Notes: generated from the sequence alone by a model not told the origin. 64,000 nt of DNA from Dehalococcoidia bacterium (GCA_963662615.2 CAXXSR010000001.1:512001-576000); one strand, 5' to 3'. Positions 49,166 to 59,200 are shown, counted from the stretch's first letter. Numbers and translations: made by a program.

Positions 49166-49350
49166 GAGAGGACCTCCGGCTTCTTGCTCGCGGTGGAGGA
49201 GGGAGTATAGGCGGTACCGCCGCGCCGCGCCCCGCGCCGCACCGCGATATAGTGGCTGCTCCCGAGCGACGTAGGGGTTCTTCCCAACGTGGGCGCCGCG
49301 GCCCTGGCCTATCGTGAAAGTGCCACGCGCCAGTTAGCCGGGGGGCGTCC

Positions 49351-49623
49351 ATGCTCATCTTGACGCGTAAGATCGACCAAGCGATCATCATTGACGGGGA
49401 GATCCAGGTACGCGTCCTGGCCGTCAACGGCGAGCGTGTCAAGCTGGGCATCGCCGCGCCTCGCTCCGTCACCGTCCTCCGCGACGAACTCTGCGATGCC
49501 GTCCGCGCTGAGAACCGCGCCGCCGGCGCCGCCCGTCCCGCGGAGCTCCGCACCCTACGCGAGCGGATCAACGCCCATCACGCTTCCGACTCAGGAGCGG
49601 TTGACTCGGAAGCGACCGGGTAG
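49351..49623 (+). CDS. csrA: Carbon storage regulator
   Basis: MLILTRK..QAIII.GEIQVRVL....RVKLGIAAP..V.VLRDEL. Confidence 0.92.
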   Translation: MLILTRKIDQAIIIDGEIQVRVLAVNGERVKLGIAAPRSVTVLRDELCDAVRAENRAAGAARPAELRTLRERINAHHASDSGAVDSEATG

Positions 49624-49680
49624 GCTGCGTCCGGCTGCGCAGCGCGCGCCGTTCCCACCACACATACGCTCAAGGCACGG

Positions 49681-49709
49681 CAAGAGCGGCGCCCGCCGCG
49701 CCGCTCTTG
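49681..49709. terminator. Hairpin between convergent csrA and SBP genes
   Basis: CAAGAGCGGCGC-ccgcc-GCGCCGCTCTTG. Confidence 0.6.
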
Positions 49710-49737
49710 ATCCGTTCGTTGGCCCGTAGCAAGCGGT

Positions 49738-51027
49738 CTACGAGCTGGCCTCGCGGAACGCGCAGTCAATGTCGCCGTTTTCGGCCAGGCAGATGTCGAA
49801 GCCGTGCACGGACATGTGCAGGTCGTCAAAACTGAGCGAGCCCAGCACACCGTCGTAGGTGAGGCTCTCCAACGCCGCCACAATGGCGTCGGTGTCCGTC
49901 ACCGTGCCAGCCTGCTGCCAGGCCTCCGTGAGCATGTAGACGTAGTCGTAGAAGAAGAGGCTGATCCCGGCGGCGAAGTTGAGATCCCCGCCCCCAGCGT
50001 CGAACCGGGCCCAGTAGTCCGCGGCGCGCTCGCTCGACGGGATCCCCCAGCAGCGCGTCTTGCACTCCAAGATTACCGGCACGTCCAAGGGGTCGTCGAA
50101 CAGCTCGGCGAATTCGGCGGGGTCCACCCCGTACACCACGTACGCCGGCGCCGCTTCCAGTTCAATGGCCGTGCGCAGTACGTTGACGGCGTCGCGCGGG
50201 TTGTGCCAGACGTGCAGGATGTCCGGCTCCCGGTTCTTGATCCGCGTGAGGAACGCCCCGTAATCCGTGGTTCCGACGGGATAGCGGATGGTGTCGAACA
50301 CTTCGTGCCCTGCCGCTGTCATCGCCGCCTCCCAGGCGGGGTCGATGAATTGCCCCGCTTGATCGTCGGCGATCAACAGCTGCGACGTGCGCGCCTCGGG
50401 CAGCAGCTCCACGACCGCCCGGGCCGAGATCGCCTGGCGCGCGTCCTCCGCTAGGAGGCTCCGGAAAAGCCAGTGGCTCTCGCCGCCGGGGGCCACGGAT
50501 TCCGCGGTGAGGAACTCGTCCAGGAGGATGGAGGGGGCGATCATGATCACCTCCTCGGTCTGCGTCACGTCCTGCGCGACCCGCGCATGGAAATCCTGCA
50601 ACGGCCCGAAGAGGAACTGCACGTCGTCGTTGTCCACGAGTTTGCGCGTGGCCGCAGCGGCCGTGTTGACGTCGGAGAAGGTGTTCTCGTTCTCCAGGTC
50701 AAGGGTGTAAACCGTGTCGCCTACGAGGACGCCGCCGGCGGCGTTGATCTCGTCCACCGCCAGCTCCACCCCGTCCAGCGCCGTCTCGCCGTACAGCACA
50801 AAATTGCCCGCCTGCGAGGCCACGCTGCCGATCTTTACGGTCCCCCGCTTCGTGGCGGCCGTCCCATCGTCGTCATCGCCGCCGCAGGCGGCCGCCAACC
50901 CCAGCGCCAGGACGGCAAGGCAGAACAACGCTGCCACGCTCAGCTGTCGGTTGCGGAAAAGGATGCCCCGCCGAAGTGGACCCATCCCGGCGTCTACCAA
51001 TGGTGCCATCTCGTTCGTGTCTGTCAC
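49738..51027 (-). CDS. ABC substrate-binding lipoprotein (branched-chain amino acid/PBP type 1)
   Basis: LAAAC lipobox; GVELAVDEINAAGG; YPVGTTDY..LTRIK. Confidence 0.88.
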   Translation of the reverse strand: MTDTNEMAPLVDAGMGPLRRGILFRNRQLSVAALFCLAVLALGLAAACGGDDDDGTAATKRGTVKIGSVASQAGNFVLYGETALDGVELAVDEINAAGGVLVGDTVYTLDLENENTFSDVNTAAAATRKLVDNDDVQFLFGPLQDFHARVAQDVTQTEEVIMIAPSILLDEFLTAESVAPGGESHWLFRSLLAEDARQAISARAVVELLPEARTSQLLIADDQAGQFIDPAWEAAMTAAGHEVFDTIRYPVGTTDYGAFLTRIKNREPDILHVWHNPRDAVNVLRTAIELEAAPAYVVYGVDPAEFAELFDDPLDVPVILECKTRCWGIPSSERAADYWARFDAGGGDLNFAAGISLFFYDYVYMLTEAWQQAGTVTDTDAIVAALESLTYDGVLGSLSFDDLHMSVHGFDICLAENGDIDCAFREASS

Positions 51028-51137
51028 TACTCAGCCCTTTCGCTGTAGAGCACTGCTGCCCTACGTCAGACAGTGCCATGCGGGGGCAGGGATCGCGCCT
51101 TCACCTCGGGCGGTATTGGGGCACGCAATTGGGGTGG

Positions 51138-51169
51138 GCGGCATCCCTCCCAAACGGGAGGGATGCCGC
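51138..51169. other. Perfect 14-bp hairpin
   Basis: GCGGCATCCCTCCC-aaac-GGGAGGGATGCCGC; no U-tract. Confidence 0.6.
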
Positions 51170-51276
51170 TCCGTCGCATTCCGTGAGGCCGCTTGCGTGA
51201 AGGCACGGCAAGAGCGGCACCCGCCGCAGCCGAGGGCGGGTCTCGGCATGACCAGAGAGCGAACGAGCGGGCGCTC

Positions 51277-52218
51277 CTAGAACATCGCGATGGGGTTCAC
51301 GGGCGAGGCCGTGCCCCGCTCCAGACGCAACGGCGCCAGCGTGAAGAGGAACTCCCAGCGGTTGCGCTCGGAGCAGGCCGCCGTCAGCCGGCCCAGCTGC
51401 ATGTTGTCGATCAGGTGCACGCCGAGGGAGGGGATGACGATCTGATGGATGGGCATGGGCCAACCTTCCACGTCATGGGGGATGGCGTCGGAGATGCCGT
51501 CGCAGCCCAACACCGCAACGTCGCGCTCGCGCAACCAGGGAATGCAGTCGGCGCCGAGGCCGGCCATCCCATCCATGAAACCCCAAGGGCCGCGGGCGTC
51601 GCGGCGGGCGTCGCGCCCGGTCCCAATGAGGAGGACGTCGCCGGCCTCCACCTGCACACCCTGGCGCTCCTCGGCTGCCTCCAGCTCGCCGCGGGCGATG
51701 CGTTCGCCCGGCTCCAGCCAGTCGACGCCGCGCAGGCTGGGGATGTCGAGCAGCACGCCGCGGCTGACGATGCCGTCCTTGCCGGCCATGATGCTGTCGC
51801 GGTGGGCGCCGTTGCTGCGAACCTCGGCGACGTCGAAGCCGTTGTAAATCTTTCCTCCCACGGAGATATGGCAGAGCGCGTCCAGGTGGGTATTGGCAAT
51901 GCCGTGCGGTGCCATGGCGAAGTAGTCGGCGGTGAAGGCCAAGCCGGGCAGGAGGAGGCCCGCCGGCAGATCGCCCGCCATCAGCATGAAGTGCGCCACC
52001 GGCGCTTCGTTGTCCGCCGCCGGCGTCACCGCGACGGGCAGGGCGCAGCTCACCGCCACTCCGTCCTGTAGCAGGCCGCCCGCGGCGGCCCGCTTGGCGT
52101 CCGTGATCAGGTTCAGGGCGCCGCGCTCGTCCTCGGCGCCCCAGCGGCCCCAGTTCGAGACCTGCTGCGCCATAGCGTCCAAGTCGGCTGTGGTGAACGT
52201 GGCGGTCGTCTGGACCAT
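51277..52218 (-). CDS. Cyclase-family metallohydrolase, paralog 2
   Basis: Co-linear with and highly similar to 48215-49165. Confidence 0.9.
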   Translation of the reverse strand: MVQTTATFTTADLDAMAQQVSNWGRWGAEDERGALNLITDAKRAAAGGLLQDGVAVSCALPVAVTPAADNEAPVAHFMLMAGDLPAGLLLPGLAFTADYFAMAPHGIANTHLDALCHISVGGKIYNGFDVAEVRSNGAHRDSIMAGKDGIVSRGVLLDIPSLRGVDWLEPGERIARGELEAAEERQGVQVEAGDVLLIGTGRDARRDARGPWGFMDGMAGLGADCIPWLRERDVAVLGCDGISDAIPHDVEGWPMPIHQIVIPSLGVHLIDNMQLGRLTAACSERNRWEFLFTLAPLRLERGTASPVNPIAMF

Positions 52219-52291
52219 CGGACGTCCCTCCTCTCCGTCGCGTGGGAAAGAGCGCGAGTATAGGTCGCGGTCAGATGGGGCTCAACAGCGC

Positions 52292-54037
52292 TCAGTCGCG
52301 CGGAATCAGCGGCAGCGTGATCTGGGAAGGGTGCTGGGCGTCGTGCAGGACGGTCTGTGCCGCCGGCGCCAGCTCCGTCTCCGTGGCGATGGTCCGGCCC
52401 GTGTTGGGGTTGCGATCGAAGCGAGGGAAGTTGGAGGAGCTGACCTCCAGCCGCAGCCGGTGGCCCGCCTTGAAGACGTGACTCGTCGCCCACAGGTCAA
52501 TGGTGAATCGATACGGCTGTCCCGGCGTGATCAGTCGCGGCTCGCTTGCGGAGTCGCGATAGCGCGCGCGCATCATGCCGTCCTGAATGTTCTGGGCGTA
52601 GCCGTCCGGGCGCACGTCCACGAGCTTGGCGGTGAAGTCGGTATCCACGGCGGAGGAGGCGGCGTAGAGCGTGACACTAATGGGGCCGGTCACCTCCAGC
52701 TCCTCGGGAAGGGCGTCCGTCGTATAGACCAGCACGTCGTCGCGGGCCTCGACCGGCCGCTGGTCGTAGACGCCCGACGGGATCACGAGCGTGCTGCCGC
52801 CGCGCGTCGGGGCCGGGTCGCGCGGGTCGTAGACGAAGCGGTCGGGCGGCTCGGGGCCGGGCGTGTCGCGGCTGAGGCGGCCGTCGTCGGGATGCGCGTT
52901 GGCGCGGCCGCCGCTGTGCAGGTAGTAGGGAGTGAACGCCGCGCGCGCCGGCGGCCATTCGTCCTCGTGGCGCCAGCGATTCTCCCCCATGACGAAGATC
53001 TTCACCGGCGGCTCGTCCATGATGCCGGTATCGAGCTCCTTCAGCCAGTAGTCGAACCAGCGCCGCTGCTCCTCCAGCAGCTCAATCCGCGCCGCCGGCC
53101 CGAAGTCAATGTCGCCGCTGCCGCCGCTCGTCGGCGCGGTGTAGGGAAACAGGTGCGCCCAAGGGCCCATCAGCAGCTTTTGCGCGCCTCGGGCCCGCTC
53201 CGTGCCCAGGGCGCGGATGCCCGCGAAGTTCTGCCAGGTCCCTTCCTGGAAGATGTCGTACCAGGAGCCGACGTGGTACATGGGCACGTCCACCTCGTGG
53301 TAGCGACGGCGCAGGTTGATCGCCCACCAATAAGGGCCGTCGTCGGGGTGGTCCAGGTAGTCGGCGAAGTACGGCGCGACGGGGCGCAGCCGCTCGGCCC
53401 AGTCCGCCAGGGGCAGGCGCCGGTACCAGGAGTCGGTCAAGGGCTGCGCGAAGTTCACGGCCGCATCGACGTACTCGTCAAGCGAGCGCAGGACGTCGTC
53501 GCCGAGCCCGCGACGCTCGGCGGTGTTGCGGGCCATAAAGATGGCGTAAGGCGCCATCCAGCCCCATTCCATGGCCCCGCCGCTGTGGTAGACCCAGCTC
53601 TCGTGAAAATCCGACGACCCCGACACCGGCATCATCGCCTTGAGCTGCGGCGCGCCCGCTGGCGCCAGCACGTGCTGGTCCGCCGCCATGTACGACTGGC
53701 CGTGGGTCGCCACCGCCCCGTTCGACCAGGGCTGCTCGGCCGCCCACGCCAGCGTGTCGTAGCCGTCGTCGGCCTCGGTGATCAGGGGGTAGTACTCGCC
53801 CTCCGAATCGAAGCGGCCGCGACAGTCCTGCGAGACCACTACGTAGCCGTGCGGCACCCAGAACTCGTGATTGCTGCGCTGGGGGGCGACGCGGCCGTAG
53901 GGCGTGCGGACCACCAGTACTGGGTAACGGCCCGGCTTCGACGGGCGGTAGACGTCGGCGCGCAGACGCACGCCGTCGCGCATGGGGATCGCGACGCCCT
54001 CGTCGACGGTCATGCGGATGGTGCGCTCTTGCGTCAT
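52292..54037 (-). CDS. CocE/NonD-family hydrolase
   Basis: IPMRDGVRLRAD, RTPY, QDCRGRFDSEG, GQSY, GSWYD, GPWAH, SSSNFPRFDRN. Confidence 0.93.
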   Translation of the reverse strand: MTQERTIRMTVDEGVAIPMRDGVRLRADVYRPSKPGRYPVLVVRTPYGRVAPQRSNHEFWVPHGYVVVSQDCRGRFDSEGEYYPLITEADDGYDTLAWAAEQPWSNGAVATHGQSYMAADQHVLAPAGAPQLKAMMPVSGSSDFHESWVYHSGGAMEWGWMAPYAIFMARNTAERRGLGDDVLRSLDEYVDAAVNFAQPLTDSWYRRLPLADWAERLRPVAPYFADYLDHPDDGPYWWAINLRRRYHEVDVPMYHVGSWYDIFQEGTWQNFAGIRALGTERARGAQKLLMGPWAHLFPYTAPTSGGSGDIDFGPAARIELLEEQRRWFDYWLKELDTGIMDEPPVKIFVMGENRWRHEDEWPPARAAFTPYYLHSGGRANAHPDDGRLSRDTPGPEPPDRFVYDPRDPAPTRGGSTLVIPSGVYDQRPVEARDDVLVYTTDALPEELEVTGPISVTLYAASSAVDTDFTAKLVDVRPDGYAQNIQDGMMRARYRDSASEPRLITPGQPYRFTIDLWATSHVFKAGHRLRLEVSSSNFPRFDRNPNTGRTIATETELAPAAQTVLHDAQHPSQITLPLIPRD

Positions 54038-54834
54038 CCTTGATCCTCCGCCCCGCTCGCCGCCCCTCTACTTGCGCCGGTCGAGGGATAGGCTGGCATC
54101 TCGCTCGGCGCCCGCCCCGCGTACCTTGCCTGCAGCAGGCCGCGACAGAGCTGCGCGTTGAACTCCGTGCTGACGCGCACGCGGCGCAGCTCTCGCAGAT
54201 ACGCGACGAACGTGTCGCTGTCGAGCGGCCGCCCTTCCACCGTGAGGAAGGCGGGGCCGCTGGCGTCCGTCCCACCGCCCACCTCGCGGATGATCTCGAC
54301 ATAACGCATACGCAGCCGCGATGCCTCGGCGTCATGCAGAGGCAAGTCGGTCAGTTCAGGCAGGCTCAGGCGGGTCAACGCGGCCGCTGTGTATCCCCGC
54401 TTGACCAGGCAGCGCAGCAGCAGCTCCTGGCGGCGCTGAAACGCCTTGCGGCGGAAGCGCAGGCGCAGCGCCTCCAGGCCCCCGTCCGCCTCGCCGGAGA
54501 ACGTCTCCTGGAAGGGGAGCCCGCCGTTGACGCCGAGGTTGATCTGGTCGGCGCAGTAGTGCTCCTGCAGCTCCACCGTGACGGTTCCTGCCCACGGCAG
54601 CGCCTCCACCGCCTCCCGCGTGTCGCTGGCCATGAGGAAGGCGAAGTTGGCCGCGCACCAGTACGTGGGCAGCCGCAGGCGGATCTGCACGTCGCCCGCG
54701 CCGTCGACCCGCACCGACTCCGCGAAGCCCATCGCCGCCACCGACTCGTCCAGCTCTGGGTCGGTCACGGTCGCCAGGCGCTCCCAGACGTCTCGCAGCC
54801 GCGCGCTCTCGTCTGTGGTAAGCGCGGCCGTCAC
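54034..54834 (-). CDS. DUF59/MIP18-like metal-sulfur cluster assembly protein (prm-cluster type)
   Basis: VTDPELDES, LRLPTYWCAANFAFLM, FRRKAF, CRGLL..RY. Confidence 0.85.
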   Translation of the reverse strand: MTAALTTDESARLRDVWERLATVTDPELDESVAAMGFAESVRVDGAGDVQIRLRLPTYWCAANFAFLMASDTREAVEALPWAGTVTVELQEHYCADQINLGVNGGLPFQETFSGEADGGLEALRLRFRRKAFQRRQELLLRCLVKRGYTAAALTRLSLPELTDLPLHDAEASRLRMRYVEIIREVGGGTDASGPAFLTVEGRPLDSDTFVAYLRELRRVRVSTEFNAQLCRGLLQARYAGRAPSEMPAYPSTGASRGAASGAEDQG

Positions 54835-55838
54835 GCGCGCGCTCCCGCCAGCTTCAGCTTCTGCGCCTCCACGTCAATCCCGTACAGCCGGGCCGCGTTC
54901 TCGCCCAGGATCTTCTTCTTCACGTCCAGATTGAGCGTGACCCCGGTCTCTTCCTGGATGTCCTCCGGCAGCTCAAACGCCATGAACTTCTCAATGAGCC
55001 ACTTCGGCTGCCAGATCGCGTAGTCGCTGCCGAAGAGCAGCCGGTCCTCTCCCAGCCAGAAGAGCAGCTCCGAGATTATCTCCGCGAAGTAGCGCGGCCG
55101 CGCGTTGATGAACGCCATCGCCACCGCCAGGCCTCCGTACACGTTCGGCTCCTGCGTGGCGATCCAGCAGAAGTCGTCCAGGCGCGGCAGGCCCACGTGC
55201 TCCACGATGAAGTTGAGGTCGGGGAAGTTCGTGGCGGCCTCATCCACGTCGGCCACGTCGAAGGCGTCGCGGTTGAGCGGGAGGATCGTGGGCCCCTTGT
55301 GGGGGTGAATGTTCTTGATGCCCAGCTCCTGGCACTTCGCCAGGTAGCGCTGGGCCCACGGGTCGGACAGCTTGTACCCCTTCGAGTCGCCCCGCCACTC
55401 CGCCGTGTACAGCTTCACGCCGGTGAGGGCGTACTTTTCGGCCAGCGCCTCCAGCGCCTCCAGGCCCGCTTCGCCGTCGCGCGGGTCAAAGGCGCCGTTG
55501 AGGATGATGCGATCGGGATAGCGCTCTTTGAGCCGGGCGTTCCGCTCCGTGGTGTTGAAGCCGTCCTTGTAGAAATCGGTCAGGTAGGTGGGCTGGCAGA
55601 TCGCCATGTCGTCGTAGCCCTGCACGAAGAGGTCTTCGTACAGCGTTTCCGGCGAGTACTTTTGGAACTTTTCGATCGGCCAGACGTACTCGGCGGGGCT
55701 CAGCCCCGAGTGATAGTCGTGGAAGCAGTTGATGAACTGAGCCCCGTGCACGTTCCGCTGGTTCTCCGGACTGGCGTCCCACAGATGCACGTGCCCATCG
55801 ATGATGAACACCTCTTCACCGTCGGCCGTCCGAAACAT
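54831..55838 (-). CDS. Amidohydrolase-2 family protein (prm-cluster type)
   Basis: IDGHVHLWDASPENQRN, KLYTAEW, HKGP, FIVEHVG, LFGSDY. Confidence 0.9.
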   Translation of the reverse strand: MFRTADGEEVFIIDGHVHLWDASPENQRNVHGAQFINCFHDYHSGLSPAEYVWPIEKFQKYSPETLYEDLFVQGYDDMAICQPTYLTDFYKDGFNTTERNARLKERYPDRIILNGAFDPRDGEAGLEALEALAEKYALTGVKLYTAEWRGDSKGYKLSDPWAQRYLAKCQELGIKNIHPHKGPTILPLNRDAFDVADVDEAATNFPDLNFIVEHVGLPRLDDFCWIATQEPNVYGGLAVAMAFINARPRYFAEIISELLFWLGEDRLLFGSDYAIWQPKWLIEKFMAFELPEDIQEETGVTLNLDVKKKILGENAARLYGIDVEAQKLKLAGARA

Positions 55839-55931
55839 GCCTTCCCCCTCTCGTCCGAAGCTCCTCTAGCGGACCTCGCCCCAGAGCGACGACGACGCTG
55901 CCGCCATCACCGTCCGCCGCCGACGGCCCCT

Positions 55932-56843
55932 CTACGACCCGCGCTGCCCGAGATGCTGCACGAACCAGTCGCGCGCCGCCGCGCTCGTCACCGCAAACCC
56001 GCCGTTCACGTACGCGTCGAAGTGCCCGCCCTGGAGGACGACGAGTTTCTTCGGTTCCCGCGCCTGCTCGTACGCCGCGAACGCTTCGTCGGCCACCGCG
56101 AGGTGGTCGCGATCCGCGATCACCATGAGCAGGGGCGTGGGGCTGATGTAGGGGATGTAGGCGCCGGGCTCGTATTCGGTGAACAGCTCCACCGACTGCA
56201 GGGTGACCTCGTTGCGCCAGGAAGGCGCCCGGGCCTTCGCCGTCTCCATGAACCACTCGAACGAATCGCGCGTGGGCAGGACGGCGGCCCCTGCCGGATC
56301 GTCCGTGACGACGGGGATCATCCCCGGCGGCTCCCCGGCGTAGCGCGCCTTGCGGTCCGCCACGAACCCGTCCCGCAGCGCGGCGATCTGGTCCGCCCGC
56401 ACCAGCCGGCGCACCAGCCGGGGACCGCTGATCAGCATCACCTGCGAGGCCACACACTTGACGCGCCGGTCAATGGCCCCCACCACCAGGACATGGCCAC
56501 CGCTGTAGCTCGACCCCCACACGCCGATGCGCTCTTCATCGACTTCCGGCAGCGTGGAGGCGTAGGTGATGGCGTCGCGGTAGTCGCCGACCTGCTCCCA
56601 GGGGTCCAGGTGCTGGCGCGGCTTCCCCTCGCTGGCGCCGGTGTTGCGGTAGTCGAACATCAGCGCGCCCAAGCCGGCGTCCGCGAAGACCTCGCCGAAG
56701 CGGTCGAGATACATCTCTTTCACCGCCGAGAAGCCGTGCGCCATCACCACCGTGGGCGCGGGCCCGCTGCCGGCGTCCGGCAGGTAGAGCCAGCCTCGCA
56801 GGGTCAGCCCGTCTTCCGTCTTGAATTCCAAGTCCCGGCGCAT
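55932..56843 (-). CDS. Alpha/beta hydrolase (peptidase S15/acetyl xylan esterase-like)
   Basis: VMAHGFSAVKE, DYRNTGASEG.PR, WGSSYSGG, GGHFDAY. Confidence 0.9.
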   Translation of the reverse strand: MRRDLEFKTEDGLTLRGWLYLPDAGSGPAPTVVMAHGFSAVKEMYLDRFGEVFADAGLGALMFDYRNTGASEGKPRQHLDPWEQVGDYRDAITYASTLPEVDEERIGVWGSSYSGGHVLVVGAIDRRVKCVASQVMLISGPRLVRRLVRADQIAALRDGFVADRKARYAGEPPGMIPVVTDDPAGAAVLPTRDSFEWFMETAKARAPSWRNEVTLQSVELFTEYEPGAYIPYISPTPLLMVIADRDHLAVADEAFAAYEQAREPKKLVVLQGGHFDAYVNGGFAVTSAAARDWFVQHLGQRGS

Positions 56844-56903
56844 TGGCTCCTCCCCGCGCGGCTAACGAGCCGCCGAATTCTAGTCCCTCGCGCCCCCGTT
56901 CGC

Positions 56904-57947
56904 TCAGGGCACCAGCACCGCCCGACCCTTGACCCGGCCGGCGTGCAGATCGTGCAGCGCGACGTTCGCATCGCGCAGCGGATACTCCCGCGTCGCCAGA
57001 GTGACCAGCCCGCGGTCGGCCAGCGCCATCAACTCCACCAGCTCCGCATACGTCCCCACCAGATTGCCGACGATGGTCCGCTCGGAGATGATCATCTCGA
57101 TAGCGGGGATCTGGATCTGGCCGCCATAGCCCACGATGTAGTAGGAGCCGGCATTGCGCGTCATGGCCAAGCCCGTGTCCGTCGTGCCGCCTTCGCCCAC
57201 GAAGTCGATCACCGCCTCGGCGCCGTTGCCGCCCGTCAGCTCCCGCACCGTCTCGACCTCGTTGCCGTCGGCCGCGACCACGTGGTCGGCGCCCAACTCC
57301 TGCGCCAGCCCGCGCGCCGTCTCCGACCGATCGACCACGATGATCTCCGCGGCGCAGAGCGCCCGCAGCGACTGCAGCCCAATGTGCCCCAGGCCGCCCG
57401 CCCCGATGATCACGGCGTATTCGCCCGGCAGCAGATGCCGCGACGCCTTCTTGGCCGCGCGGTAGGCGGTCAGGCCGGCGTCGGCGTAGGGCGCCACCTC
57501 CTTCGGCGCGAGCGTCTGCGGCAGCTTCGCCAGCGTGCGGGCGTTGGTCTTGAACAGCTCCGCGTAGCCTCCGTCTGCATTGATGCCGGGGAAGACGCCG
57601 TCCGTCGCGTGCATGTCCTGCCCGCGGCGCGATGCCAGGGAATAGCCGCCGCTGACCAAGGGATGGCAGATGACGGGATCGCCGGCCTTGAACCCGTCGA
57701 CGCCGCTGCCCACCTCCTCCACCCAGCCGGCGTTCTCATGCCCCATCACGTACGGCAGCGTCACCTCCACCTTGTCCCGCCACAGCGCCTCAATCACGTG
57801 CAGGTCGGTGCGGCAGACGCCCGCCCCGCCCACGCGGACAATGACGTCCAGCGGACTCTCAATGCGCGGGTCCGGGACCTCCTCATACACCACCCACTCG
57901 GCCTGGCTGACGCTGGGGTCGTACTCATGCAGCACTGCCGCCTTCAT
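56904..57947 (-). CDS. Zn-dependent NAD(P) alcohol dehydrogenase (prm-cluster type)
   Basis: GVCRTDLH, GHENAGW, ADAGLTAY, GAGGLG; GGGAGGAGG RBS. Confidence 0.92.
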   Translation of the reverse strand: MKAAVLHEYDPSVSQAEWVVYEEVPDPRIESPLDVIVRVGGAGVCRTDLHVIEALWRDKVEVTLPYVMGHENAGWVEEVGSGVDGFKAGDPVICHPLVSGGYSLASRRGQDMHATDGVFPGINADGGYAELFKTNARTLAKLPQTLAPKEVAPYADAGLTAYRAAKKASRHLLPGEYAVIIGAGGLGHIGLQSLRALCAAEIIVVDRSETARGLAQELGADHVVAADGNEVETVRELTGGNGAEAVIDFVGEGGTTDTGLAMTRNAGSYYIVGYGGQIQIPAIEMIISERTIVGNLVGTYAELVELMALADRGLVTLATREYPLRDANVALHDLHAGRVKGRAVLVP

Positions 57948-58232
57948 TGCCGCTGCCTCCTCCCCTTCCGGCGTCCTCCCGGAAGGTCCGTATAGTACAA
58001 CCGCGACGGCGCTCCGCTGCAGCCGCGCTGCGAATATCCTGGCAGGGGGACGCGGCGGCAAGGCGAACGATGGCAACGCGACTCACGCCACACGCACGAC
58101 CGACCGTGTTCGACGGTCCGCTGCGGCGCTCGCCGCGGGCGCCGGCAAACCCCGCGGCAGCGGCGCTCGTATCCCCTGCTAGCCGCGATGTCGTCCTGCG
58201 GCTCGAGGAGGAGAATGTGACGCTGGCTGACG

Positions 58233-58856
58233 ATGCCGACGGCACTGGCACGCGTGGCGGCACTGCTGGGCGTGGCGGCTCTCCTCGCCGCGGCCTGCGG
58301 CGGCGACGGCGCCGCGGACGAGAACGAGGACGAAGCCCGCGTCGCCGAGGCGCGCGCGGCCGTCGCGTCTGCGACCGGCGGCTTCGACGACCCGGATCGC
58401 GTGCTCACCCTGGAGGAGTACTTCCAGAGCCTGCACGTTCGGATTCGCAGCTTCGAGCTGACCCGGGCGAACGTGGAAAACACCGTCATGGCGATTGTCC
58501 TGAGGGCGCAGGACCGGCTCGACGCCGTCCCGGCGCTGCGGGAGTACTACGAGTTCACCGCATCGTCTCGGGGCGCCTTGGCGGATCAACTCGATGGGAT
58601 GCGGCCGCCAGAGGCCGTTGCGGCGGGGCACGGCGCCTTGCTGGCGAACACTCGCGCCCAGCAGGCGATCGAGATGGACATCCTGGACACGATGGCGCAG
58701 AACGTGCCGACCTCCGACGAGCTTGAAGAAGCGGAAACCCTGCAAGCTGAACAACGACGTCTAGAGGTCGAGGCGGCGGAGATCTGCCGCGGCCTCCAGG
58801 CGCTCGCCACCGCCAACGGCGTCCAGGTCACGCTCTTTTGCGCCCTGCCGCAGTGA
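58233..58856 (+). CDS. Helical lipoprotein, unknown function
   Basis: LAAAC lipobox; helical; C-terminal Cys pair. Confidence 0.75.
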   Translation: MPTALARVAALLGVAALLAAACGGDGAADENEDEARVAEARAAVASATGGFDDPDRVLTLEEYFQSLHVRIRSFELTRANVENTVMAIVLRAQDRLDAVPALREYYEFTASSRGALADQLDGMRPPEAVAAGHGALLANTRAQQAIEMDILDTMAQNVPTSDELEEAETLQAEQRRLEVEAAEICRGLQALATANGVQVTLFCALPQ

Positions 58857-59200
58857 GAGCCCGCGGCCACTGAAGGCTGCGGCGGCCGCCCCCGCTCCGG
58901 GCCGGCTCGTGGCGAACGCGATCCCCAAGGGCGAACTCCATGCCCAACAGTTCGGCCCGACGTTGCATCCGTCCGGCGACCGAGCGCGGGGCGCGCCTGA
59001 CTGAGAGCGGGCGTCGCTGTGGAGGTGGAGCGGGCGGGAACCGATGGTGCGGCTGTGCTTGAGTGCGGCCCCTTGCGCTGAATCCCTCACAACGTTTCCG
59101 AGAAAGGAGGGGGCCGGAAGCAGCAAGATTCTCTGCCGGTGTGGCCCCTGCGCCGAACTGGTTGATCGGCTACCTTCGCGCGACAGCGAAGGGGGAACAA

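Noticed and set aside
55197-57995. Long opposite-strand ORFs (e.g. 55197-57995 +, 33101-35215 +, 51932-54043 +, 42380-44149 -, 37326-39410 +)
   Set aside because: Antisense shadows of well-supported genes, expected at high GC3; no motifs.
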